A stretch of 64,000 nucleotides of DNA. It comes from a virus. The stretch is taken from positions 1 through 64,000 of the IMG/VR virus record IMGVR_UViG_3300020406_000005. The stretch is one strand, 5' to 3'. Below, piece after piece: positions 34,015-42,389 of this stretch. Numbering within the stretch: the first letter of the stretch is position 1; the number at the start of each line of letters is the position of its first letter. The position numbers were made by a program, and so were the translations under genes. The notes beneath the pieces are model-generated. The model made no database searches. It was not told where the DNA came from and saw nothing but the letters and a program-made list of their open reading frames with translations.

Positions 34015-34257
34015 TTAAAAGTCAGTTTTTATTCTCTTATAAAGTTTTGCGAGAGCCTGCTTTTCAATTTGAGAAATTCTAACTAGTGATACCTTCAGCC
34101 TTTTGGCTACCTGTTCAAGTGTCATTGGGCCATGTTTTTCAATGGCGACGTTGATACAATTATCATCTTCTGGATAATCAATCCAGCACCTGCAGTCGTC
34201 TTCGTTACAGCACTTTCTTCTTTTGCTATTATTCATCAGTACTCGCTTCTGACTCAA
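34015..34257 (-). CDS. Cys-rich protein with sigma-70 region 4 HTH
   Basis: PMTLEQVAKRLKVSLVRISQIEKQALAKL. Confidence 0.8.
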   Translation of the reverse strand: MSQKRVLMNNSKRRKCCNEDDCRCWIDYPEDDNCINVAIEKHGPMTLEQVAKRLKVSLVRISQIEKQALAKLYKRIKTDF

Positions 34258-34546
34258 TCATATCAAAAATGTAATCTCTTTCTTGATCTGATATTCCCAG
34301 ATCTGCAAGCAAAGTTTTTCCTTTTGCTGTATCAATTTTCGATTTTTTTATTTTTTTGTGGCTCATTTTTTTCTCCTTTATTTTATCCACTATCTCTAAC
34401 ATAAGGGGCTCTCTGTCTAAATAATAATCTAAAAGAGAGCAAAAAAATTCTGTCTGCTGAAGGCCGTCAAAACGAAGTCGTATCTTCAAGTCTGCGGATT
34501 GTTTTTCGTGACATTTAAAAACAAAATTTACTAGATTATCTTTCAT
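34229..34546 (-). CDS. hypothetical protein (possible ribbon-helix-helix)
   Basis: ORF track. Confidence 0.65.
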   Translation of the reverse strand: MKDNLVNFVFKCHEKQSADLKIRLRFDGLQQTEFFCSLLDYYLDREPLMLEIVDKIKEKKMSHKKIKKSKIDTAKGKTLLADLGISDQERDYIFDMIESEASTDE

Positions 34547-34554
34547 ACTATTCT

Positions 34555-35622
34555 TTAATTTAAAATATGAGTCTTACTCTCAAGCATAGAGGCTCCCGTT
34601 TGTCTAATAAATTTTGCTCGGTGTTGGAAATCTCTTATATTTTTGGTCCCCGTATAGGACAAGCCCGATTTAATATTCTGCCTCAGGTTTAATAAAATTT
34701 TATTTACTGAGCCTTTGAATGGTATAGTTGTCGAAACCCCTTCCAGGGAGCGGGTCTCTCCCCTCCAGCTAATTTGTGCTTCGGGTGATGCCATACCTCG
34801 GTAAACTTTGTATTCTTTCCCTTCAGCACTAGCAAATTTTTGACCAGGAGTTTCGCTTGTGCCAGCCAACATTGATCCTAACATAACCATTTCTGCGCCT
34901 GCGGCGATGGCTTTTACAATATCTCCAGCTGTCTTTATCCCTCCATCTGCAATTAGTGTAGCAGAACGATCAGATTGAGCACAATCGAAAATACTTTGCA
35001 AAGTTGGAACTCCGTGTCCGGTTTGAATCCTTGTAGAACAGATTGAGCCGCCTCCGATGCCAACTCTGATAGAGTCTGCGCCCCAGTCTGATAAGTCGTT
35101 AAACGCTTCTAAGGTTGCAACATTTCCAGCCATTAAGTGTACTGATGTGCCGAAAGCATCTTTTAGATTGTTGAGTGCAGACTTCATAAGAGAGTGGTGG
35201 CCATGAGCAATATCGACGCATAAAATACGTGTTCCTGACGCGTGTAATGCGCGTGCTCTTTCCATGTAGTCTCCAGAAGCGCCGATGGCCGCGGCTGCTT
35301 TATCTTTAGCGTGATGATTCTCCATGAGCAGATTCTCAGTAATTCTTGAAACAATGCCTGCCTGGTCTTTGATACTGTTATATCTGTGTACCACCCCTAA
35401 GCCACCAAACTTTAACATGGCGTTTGCCATAGCACTTTCAGTCACAGTATCCATCGGACTTGATACTATAGGTAAGTCGAAAGGAATATTGCCTAAGCTG
35501 GTTTTTAAGCTAATCTCTTCTCTAGATTTAATTGAACTTTTGGCTGGCTTAAGCAGCACATCATCAAAACAAATGGCTTCTTCAAGTTTTTCCACTGGGT
35601 ACCTCTTCGTGTTTTCCTTCAT
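34555..35622 (-). CDS. guaB: IMP dehydrogenase/GMP reductase family, no CBS domains
   Basis: [42 protein letters not shown]. Confidence 0.88.
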   Translation of the reverse strand: MKENTKRYPVEKLEEAICFDDVLLKPAKSSIKSREEISLKTSLGNIPFDLPIVSSPMDTVTESAMANAMLKFGGLGVVHRYNSIKDQAGIVSRITENLLMENHHAKDKAAAAIGASGDYMERARALHASGTRILCVDIAHGHHSLMKSALNNLKDAFGTSVHLMAGNVATLEAFNDLSDWGADSIRVGIGGGSICSTRIQTGHGVPTLQSIFDCAQSDRSATLIADGGIKTAGDIVKAIAAGAEMVMLGSMLAGTSETPGQKFASAEGKEYKVYRGMASPEAQISWRGETRSLEGVSTTIPFKGSVNKILLNLRQNIKSGLSYTGTKNIRDFQHRAKFIRQTGASMLESKTHILN

Positions 35623-35833
35623 TATAGCAACTAGAGCAAATCAAGTCAATATTATTTGACTGTTGATTAATTCTCCAATCATCTATTTTCTCTCCCTCTT
35701 CGGGTTGGCGTCTGCAAATTGAGCACATGACTTGTTTTTTAAAATTTTCCATAGTCTTTTTGAAATGTTTCATAAAAACTTTTCTTGACTTTGCTAGATT
35801 TCTTCTTTTAAGCTTTCTAGAAAAACCACCCAT
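35582..35833 (-). CDS. hypothetical Zn-binding protein
   Basis: CSIC...CSSC. Confidence 0.65.
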   Translation of the reverse strand: MGGFSRKLKRRNLAKSRKVFMKHFKKTMENFKKQVMCSICRRQPEEGEKIDDWRINQQSNNIDLICSSCYNEGKHEEVPSGKT

Positions 35834-36291
35834 TATGAATCTCCTGTTGAGCCAAGTGCGCCGGCACCCCTAGATGTATCCCCTTCATAAAGAACATCCT
35901 CCATAATCTCGCAAAGATCTGGTTTCTGAATCTTTATGAAAACGCCCTGGGCGATTTTCTGCCCTGACTCAACAAAATTTGTCTTTGTACCTATGTTGTG
36001 GAGATTTACAAAGATCTCTCCTGTATACCCTTCGTCTACGACGCAAGCCCCAGTAATCAAACTGCGCTTGCTAGCAATTCCTGATTTGTTCATAATCTGT
36101 AACATATGATCTTGGGGAACCTCCATTTTAATGCCCGTTGGCAATAAGACACTTTGTCCCGGCTCGATGGCCAAAGTTGATGGCTTTTCCGGACAGTAAA
36201 AAAAATCTATCCCTGCATCTGTCGGATGTGCACGCTTTGGAATCTTTGCATTCTCGTGAACTTTAAAAACCTTTACTTTATTGTCTACCAT
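35833..36291 (-). CDS. dut: trimeric dUTPase
   Basis: DAGID, KSG, VDEGYTGE, KIAQ, RGAGALGSTG. Confidence 0.93.
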   Translation of the reverse strand: MVDNKVKVFKVHENAKIPKRAHPTDAGIDFFYCPEKPSTLAIEPGQSVLLPTGIKMEVPQDHMLQIMNKSGIASKRSLITGACVVDEGYTGEIFVNLHNIGTKTNFVESGQKIAQGVFIKIQKPDLCEIMEDVLYEGDTSRGAGALGSTGDS

Positions 36292-36295
36292 AATA

Positions 36296-36943
36296 TCAAC
36301 ATACTCCTTTGTTTGTCAAGTCTTTTTCTTCCAAGAGAGTGTAAGTAAAGCTGTTACCCCACTTATCTCTTGCATCTGAACACGTCTCCATAAACTCTGA
36401 GAAATCTACACTACTTTGGAATACTTGACACCCTGCTGAGGCGCCGCCGGTGTTAATCCTGGCGGTTGAGCCGCGGTGTTTGTGAATATTGATTCCATAC
36501 CAGCCGACATCCTCTTGGCCATGGTAATCTGGCTTTATGTCCCTATTGTTGTCTCTCCAGACCTTTACTTGACCCCCTCTTTGACATAGGGCCATGTGTC
36601 CTCGGTCTCTGCTTCCATGCCATCCAATTTTGTACACGCCCCTATACTGGCTTGGCACTAAAATTGCAGTTCCTTTGTGCTCGACCTCCTTTAAGGGTCT
36701 TTTCAATATTGAGGTTCCAGGTTCAGTTGTCACTGGATATGTATCGCATGTCCATTCCCCAGAAATTTTATATAGTACACTAATAAAATCATCAAACTTA
36801 GATGCATCTCCAGAGGCGTTTCGAACACCAATGATATTTAAATTGTAATCGCCATTTTCAAAAAAAGCGAAGCCCTTATCTTGTAAGATTTTTTTATATT
36901 GTTCGGCTAATAACTTAGCGGCTAATCCTGAAGTTCTACTCAT
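36296..36943 (-). CDS. peptidoglycan-active enzyme, L,D-transpeptidase-like (possible endolysin)
   Basis: GINIH...SAGCQV His/Cys motif; FTYTLL. Confidence 0.6.
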   Translation of the reverse strand: MSRTSGLAAKLLAEQYKKILQDKGFAFFENGDYNLNIIGVRNASGDASKFDDFISVLYKISGEWTCDTYPVTTEPGTSILKRPLKEVEHKGTAILVPSQYRGVYKIGWHGSRDRGHMALCQRGGQVKVWRDNNRDIKPDYHGQEDVGWYGINIHKHRGSTARINTGGASAGCQVFQSSVDFSEFMETCSDARDKWGNSFTYTLLEEKDLTNKGVC

Positions 36944-37119
36944 CGATATCTCCTAGTTTCTTCTTTCTCTACCTTGACGATCTCCCAAGAGTACCCAAGT
37001 AGTCGACGCTCCCTATAAGCAGCACTACAAGCCTCTGGGAAAGAGAGGTGTCTCACCATTTTTGTTTTTATTTCTTTGCTTTCTTTATTTTCAAAGAAAA
37101 TTGAATAATTTTTTTCCAT
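36940..37119 (-). CDS. 59-aa hypothetical protein
   Basis: Hand translation MEKNYSIFF...; AAGGAG SD; ATGA coupling. Confidence 0.6.
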   Translation of the reverse strand: MEKNYSIFFENKESKEIKTKMVRHLSFPEACSAAYRERRLLGYSWEIVKVEKEETRRYR

Positions 37120-37144
37120 AAATCTATTTACTCCTTTTTGTCTA

Positions 37145-40100
37145 TTATGCCAATAATTTAAATGTTTTTCTTAAACTGAAAGTTGAAAATCCCCATTGCT
37201 GGTTATAATTTAACTTTGCCATGTAAGGTCGGTTGATGTGCACTATGTCCCTCTCTGGGTCAACTGCCCAACATCGGATTACCGTTGTCTCATTGTTGTC
37301 ATCTATAACTTTAACAACATAAAAGTTTTTACCATTTTTGGATTTTTTGAGTTTGCACTCTCTAGGGATAAACCATGTGACACCAAGATTCGGATCAAAT
37401 TCAGAAATTGGTGGAATGTAAAGTTCATCAAGCTTCTGTCTTACACGGGGGGTTACAACCGCGTTGATCGGAAAAACACCCGTTAAGTTAACTAGATATT
37501 CTAGCTTCTCTTCTTCTGAAAAGTCTCCCTCTGGTGCATACTTCTCTATATTTTCCAGTAGTTTCTTCTCTTTTCTTGGCCGATCTTCTGACACGGCTGT
37601 CCAGAAGTGCTTCAGTCCAGTAAACCTATCATCCACCAAGCTGTTCATTGCTTGAGATAATACCAACGCGTGGATGCACTTCTTATTCAACTTGGAGTAG
37701 ATTACATCTGGATGAAACAAAAACTCCTCAATAGTGTTAAAAGGTCTGTGTTCAATTATTTGCTCAATTGCCTTATCTCCAAGTCCTTTGATTGATGTTA
37801 AGGGCTGTATCAATGTGTCCCCTTGCTCGTCAATCGCCCAAACAGTACCCGAGGTGTTTATATCTAATGGCTGCACATTAAAACCCATGGATTTTGCTGT
37901 GGCGATTGCGCGCTCTTTTCTGGTTTCGGGTTCCTTGTCTAGGAAGGCCGCTAGCCATTCAGCCGGGTAATAATTAAGTAGATAAGCACACTGATAGGAT
38001 AAAACACAGTAGGATACAGCGTGAGATTTGTTAAAACCGTATCCGGAAAAATATTCAAAAGTTTCCCACAGTTCCCTAGCTTCATATTCTTTCATTCCCT
38101 TCTTCAAACAGCCGCGGCGGAACTTATCATAAATTTTATCCTTCTGTGCCTGGATTGACCCTGTGCCCTTCTTTGTTAGAAGTTTTCTAAGCTTGTTGCC
38201 TTCGTCAAGAGTTAAGCCTTCCCCAAGCTTGTGGGCAAGCATTGCGATCTGCTCTTGAAAAATCAAAAAGCCATAAGTTTCCTCCGTCACAGAGCGGACT
38301 GTTTTATTTATATATTCTACATCATCTGGGTACTTTTTTGCACCAATAAATTTTTTATCTACATTCGCGGATAGCGGTCCGGGCCTATAAATAGACGTGA
38401 TTGCTGCCAAGTCGATTATGTTATCTGGCTTTGCATTCTTGCAAAATGTCTGTGCACCTGTTTCTGTGAACTGGAAGATGCCCGCCCACTTCCCTTTATG
38501 GAAGATGTTTTTCCAAACATTCTTATCATTTAAATTTATCACCTCAGGGTGCAAATTGTTATTATAGTATTCTTTTATTTGATTAAAGGTTGGCTTTTCA
38601 ATGTTATGGTGCCTTCGAAGGATTCGCTCTATAGCACCCTCCATCATTCTTAGGGAGGCTAAGCCAAGGATATCAAACTTAATGAAGCCCATGGGCTCCA
38701 AGTGCCTTACATTCTGACCCTCAGACCAGGGAGTCTGTCTAACACCGCCTGAATTTATAAGGGGCATCCATTGATCTAAATTCTCCCCTACGACTACGCC
38801 GCCAGCGTGACGTGATGCAGATCTGGTTTGTCCATACAGTTTTTCAATATGAGTCTTTATGTGAGGATACTTAGCCAAAAATTTCTGGAGCGATTCGGAA
38901 AACTCCATCAACTCTTCAAAGGTTGGCGCGTAAACTCCAGCAGTGATACCGTGCTTTTTCTTGGCTAGTGGCGTGGCCTCATAGACCATCTTGCTCGTAA
39001 CATTATTTACTTCAGTAAACTCAATGCCATAAAATTTGGAAATATCTTTAATAAGAGACCTTAACTGGAGAGTGTTCCAATTTGTAATTGGGACGACAGA
39101 ATTGTCTCCCCATAGATCAATTAACTCTTCCTTTAAGGTCATGGGATCCGATACATCGTAGTCAATATCTGGATATCCAGAACCTCCCTTCGTCAAGAAT
39201 CTCTCAAATTGAAGCCCATACTTGATCGGATCAATTTGAGTAATCTTCAAGACGTATGCAACCAGTGAACCCGCAGCAGACCCGCGACCTGGGCCGGCGA
39301 GTTGCCTTTGGATTGCCACGTCTGATATCGCTTTCATGGTTAGAAAATACTTAGAAAAACCTCTCTTGTCAATTACAGAGGTCTCGTACTTAAGACGCTC
39401 AACATATTCTTTTTTATCTTGCAGGCCAAGCTCTCTCAAGCCCTCAACACAAAGAGCCGCTAAGGTCTGAGAGGCTGTGGAGCCCTCTGGGACCACAAAT
39501 TCTGGCAGTCTTACCGTATTATCCGGTAGGAATGTTTTGATTCTGTTGTGGGCAATATCATAGGTATTCTTTATAGAGGCTAATACTAACTCATCGTCAT
39601 ACTCAGCACCGACAGATTTAGAATACTTCTTGTATGATTCCCACATTTGGTCTCCATTTTTTGGATAGAGTTCGTAACCTATCTCTTCAACTGAAGTTGG
39701 CAATTCGTCAGATAAATAATCTGGCTTTCCTCTACCTAGCCAACCGAGTCTCTTGTACAGCTCCCTATCCTTCCACACGTCAACATCATAATAGTGAGAG
39801 TCTGCGGTTGAAATAAGATCAATTCCAAATTCTCGATGCATCTGGATAATATATCCGTTTAACTCGTGCTGCTCCGGTATGTTATTCCACTGTAGCTCTC
39901 CGTACCAGCGATCCGAAAAAATAGACTGCATTTTTTGCGTTGTCTCTCTCATCGCGTGTAAAATAGCATCCGGTCCGGTGTCGCGGTTTTCCCAGTAATT
40001 ACCGGCATAAACTCCACCGAGACAAGCTGAAGCTGCGATAACTCCCTCATTATATTCAGATAGCATATCATAATCAACCCTAGGATACCTGTAAAAATTA

Positions 40101-40579
40101 TCACCAGCGTAGGATCGAGATATCATTTTAAAGATATTTTGGAGGCCTGTTTGATTCATAGCTAGTAGAATTAAGTGCCTCCTCCTATTCAAGACAGACT
40201 TAATTTTTTTCTTGGAAGCGCCCTCATCTTCTACAGTTGTTCCAGAATTATCAGCCTCATACTCTGATTTTTTCTTTGACTCTGATTTAATCAGCTCGTA
40301 CTCTCTCTTCCATTTTTTAACCGATGGGATAAAGTATGCCTCACAACCAAAAATTGGTTTGAATTTTTTGCCCTGAGCTTTCATCTTCTTGGCGTGCAAA
40401 ACTTGCCATGCAAGACCATTCATGTTTCCATGATCAGTTAAAGCCAAGGCATCCATTCCGTTTTCATACGCAAACTCCATATGATCTGGTGGATAGCCCA
40501 AAGCATCAAACGGGGACCCCGCAACAGAATGTGCATGGAGGCCCACAAAAGGAATCTTGCTAACTTTTCTAGATTTCAT
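37145..40579 (-). CDS. dnaE: DNA polymerase III alpha subunit (family C)
   Basis: PHP motifs (LHAHS, TDHG, DSHY), GRGSAAGS, PDIDYD, HAGG, KFDILGL, FNKSHA. Confidence 0.96.
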   Translation of the reverse strand: MKSRKVSKIPFVGLHAHSVAGSPFDALGYPPDHMEFAYENGMDALALTDHGNMNGLAWQVLHAKKMKAQGKKFKPIFGCEAYFIPSVKKWKREYELIKSESKKKSEYEADNSGTTVEDEGASKKKIKSVLNRRRHLILLAMNQTGLQNIFKMISRSYAGDNFYRYPRVDYDMLSEYNEGVIAASACLGGVYAGNYWENRDTGPDAILHAMRETTQKMQSIFSDRWYGELQWNNIPEQHELNGYIIQMHREFGIDLISTADSHYYDVDVWKDRELYKRLGWLGRGKPDYLSDELPTSVEEIGYELYPKNGDQMWESYKKYSKSVGAEYDDELVLASIKNTYDIAHNRIKTFLPDNTVRLPEFVVPEGSTASQTLAALCVEGLRELGLQDKKEYVERLKYETSVIDKRGFSKYFLTMKAISDVAIQRQLAGPGRGSAAGSLVAYVLKITQIDPIKYGLQFERFLTKGGSGYPDIDYDVSDPMTLKEELIDLWGDNSVVPITNWNTLQLRSLIKDISKFYGIEFTEVNNVTSKMVYEATPLAKKKHGITAGVYAPTFEELMEFSESLQKFLAKYPHIKTHIEKLYGQTRSASRHAGGVVVGENLDQWMPLINSGGVRQTPWSEGQNVRHLEPMGFIKFDILGLASLRMMEGAIERILRRHHNIEKPTFNQIKEYYNNNLHPEVINLNDKNVWKNIFHKGKWAGIFQFTETGAQTFCKNAKPDNIIDLAAITSIYRPGPLSANVDKKFIGAKKYPDDVEYINKTVRSVTEETYGFLIFQEQIAMLAHKLGEGLTLDEGNKLRKLLTKKGTGSIQAQKDKIYDKFRRGCLKKGMKEYEARELWETFEYFSGYGFNKSHAVSYCVLSYQCAYLLNYYPAEWLAAFLDKEPETRKERAIATAKSMGFNVQPLDINTSGTVWAIDEQGDTLIQPLTSIKGLGDKAIEQIIEHRPFNTIEEFLFHPDVIYSKLNKKCIHALVLSQAMNSLVDDRFTGLKHFWTAVSEDRPRKEKKLLENIEKYAPEGDFSEEEKLEYLVNLTGVFPINAVVTPRVRQKLDELYIPPISEFDPNLGVTWFIPRECKLKKSKNGKNFYVVKVIDDNNETTVIRCWAVDPERDIVHINRPYMAKLNYNQQWGFSTFSLRKTFKLLA

Positions 40580-40772
40580 CTACTAAACCTTTCATCTCTT
40601 CAATACAATCAAGTAGTTCTTTTTTTATTGGGTTAACTTCTTTTTCGAACATACTCATTATAAATGATTCTTGCTCATTTGTCAATAACAAATAAGTATG
40701 CGGAAAACCTATATTTTCCTTGATGTGGTACGGTATGTTATCATATAACATTTCAATTTTTGTTAAATTCAT
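40569..40772 (-). CDS. hypothetical protein
   Basis: ORF track. Confidence 0.6.
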   Translation of the reverse strand: MNLTKIEMLYDNIPYHIKENIGFPHTYLLLTNEQESFIMSMFEKEVNPIKKELLDCIEEMKGLVDEI

Positions 40773-40776
40773 AATT

Positions 40777-41637
40777 TTATTCTTTCACAAAGTAGGGCTT
40801 TATAAATTTTTTAGAGGGCCTGGTAATAATATGATTCGAGCTATAATAATCTTTTAAAGATTCCCAGCTCTCTAAGCTGTAATATTCATTTATCTCTATT
40901 ATTTTATCCATAGGTATTGTATCAAGATTAAAAATTTTGTCAAGAGTAAAATTTTTGCCTGACCACCTTTCTGAAAAGTGTATTGTTTTGTCTCCACCAG
41001 TACACTGATTTTTTATGTTCCATTTAAACTTTGGCCAGTCTTCTGGAAAAAATGTAAAACTTAAATACTTATTGTCTCTTACCGTTTCTCCCCTATAAGA
41101 AAGAAAAAAAGAATCTGAACCTCGTATTGAGTCTATGTGATTTTTCAGTAAGAGAGGGTCGTACAGACCGTAGGGAAACGACACAAAATATTTTGTTGGC
41201 AAAGTCCACCTGCTAATTTTACTTGAGATCAAAAAATTTGAAAGGGCACCGTGTAAGATTGACCAACCCAAAGAATCTCTCCGGTCTCTGTCCTTAATCG
41301 GAACAGGGGTGTAAAATACAGGAATCCACTTTTCGTGATAACGCTTTCTCTTTACGAAGTCTTTTTCCCTGAAGTATTTAGGGTCTAGGATATAGTCTCC
41401 TATTCTCTTTTTCACAAGAGGCGCAACGTCGTCATTGCAGACAATCCAGATACTGTCACAGCCTGCGTATGCGCATTCAGCTACCGATCTTTCTACCGCC
41501 AAATACCCCTCTCTTATAGGCTGCAAGTAATCTGGCCAGGGGAAATCAAAGCTATTTTTCCATCCTGCCAAGGGTATTATTCCAGATAGGTTTCTTCCTT
41601 GTGGTGACGATATCATGATATCGCATCTTTCAAGCAA
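40777..41637 (-). CDS. nucleotidyltransferase-fold (GT-A/NTP-transferase-like) protein, divergent
   Basis: GIIPLAG, ECAYAGCDSIWIV; lacks the canonical GxGxR. Confidence 0.6.
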   Translation of the reverse strand: MLERCDIMISSPQGRNLSGIIPLAGWKNSFDFPWPDYLQPIREGYLAVERSVAECAYAGCDSIWIVCNDDVAPLVKKRIGDYILDPKYFREKDFVKRKRYHEKWIPVFYTPVPIKDRDRRDSLGWSILHGALSNFLISSKISRWTLPTKYFVSFPYGLYDPLLLKNHIDSIRGSDSFFLSYRGETVRDNKYLSFTFFPEDWPKFKWNIKNQCTGGDKTIHFSERWSGKNFTLDKIFNLDTIPMDKIIEINEYYSLESWESLKDYYSSNHIITRPSKKFIKPYFVKE

Positions 41638-42389
41638 AAGTTTTTTATAAAAAAAACATTTTTTGTATCTTTATATAAATTATTATCTTTTTTTATAACA
41701 ACTCTTTTATTGTGCAATACGCGGGGTTTGCGGTACTTATTGCTTCCATTTTTATAAAGGCCAATCTTGTTGCCTTTTATGTCTATTGAGTCTAAATAGC
41801 GCTCGACAGCAAAACGAGCCATGGTATCTGAGTAGTCAAAATCCATGAGATCTTCATAACTAAGGTGTGACTCCGCTACGCAGTCGGTAATATACTTGGA
41901 CCCATCCACTCGACTTGATGAATAAAAATGTATTTCTTTTGCAAAGTTAGAAATAGATATTTTAGGCGGTAAGAAAGTGTGTCTTCCTCCTAAATTTGAC
42001 AACTCAAAGTCATCATACACTATGTATACGGGATTTTCGCTTTTAAGAACTTCAATGTCAAGGTCAAAGACAATAGGCGCTGGTTCAAAAATATGGCAAT
42101 TGTTAAACTCATACTCTTGATTATGCGAACTTGTAATTATTTTTAGCTTTCTCTCTTGTAATCTTATATTCTGCAAGTCTGCGTTATCAATCATTTGCCC
42201 TTGTAAAGACAGCAGCAAAAACAATCTTGACCAAGTATAGTCTTGTCTTGGGTTTCCAAACAAGTTGAGACAACACTCCTTGTAAAAAATAGGAATATTA
42301 CTAGAGCTAAGAATGTGAAAATAATCATTTGTAAATGCGTAAAACATAGATTCCACGCTAGAACCTATTACAACATCTTTCAATAGCAT
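41613..42389 (-). CDS. hypothetical protein, possible degenerate Rossmann N-terminus
   Basis: VVIGSSVES. Confidence 0.6.
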   Translation of the reverse strand: MLLKDVVIGSSVESMFYAFTNDYFHILSSSNIPIFYKECCLNLFGNPRQDYTWSRLFLLLSLQGQMIDNADLQNIRLQERKLKIITSSHNQEYEFNNCHIFEPAPIVFDLDIEVLKSENPVYIVYDDFELSNLGGRHTFLPPKISISNFAKEIHFYSSSRVDGSKYITDCVAESHLSYEDLMDFDYSDTMARFAVERYLDSIDIKGNKIGLYKNGSNKYRKPRVLHNKRVVIKKDNNLYKDTKNVFFIKNFCLKDAIS

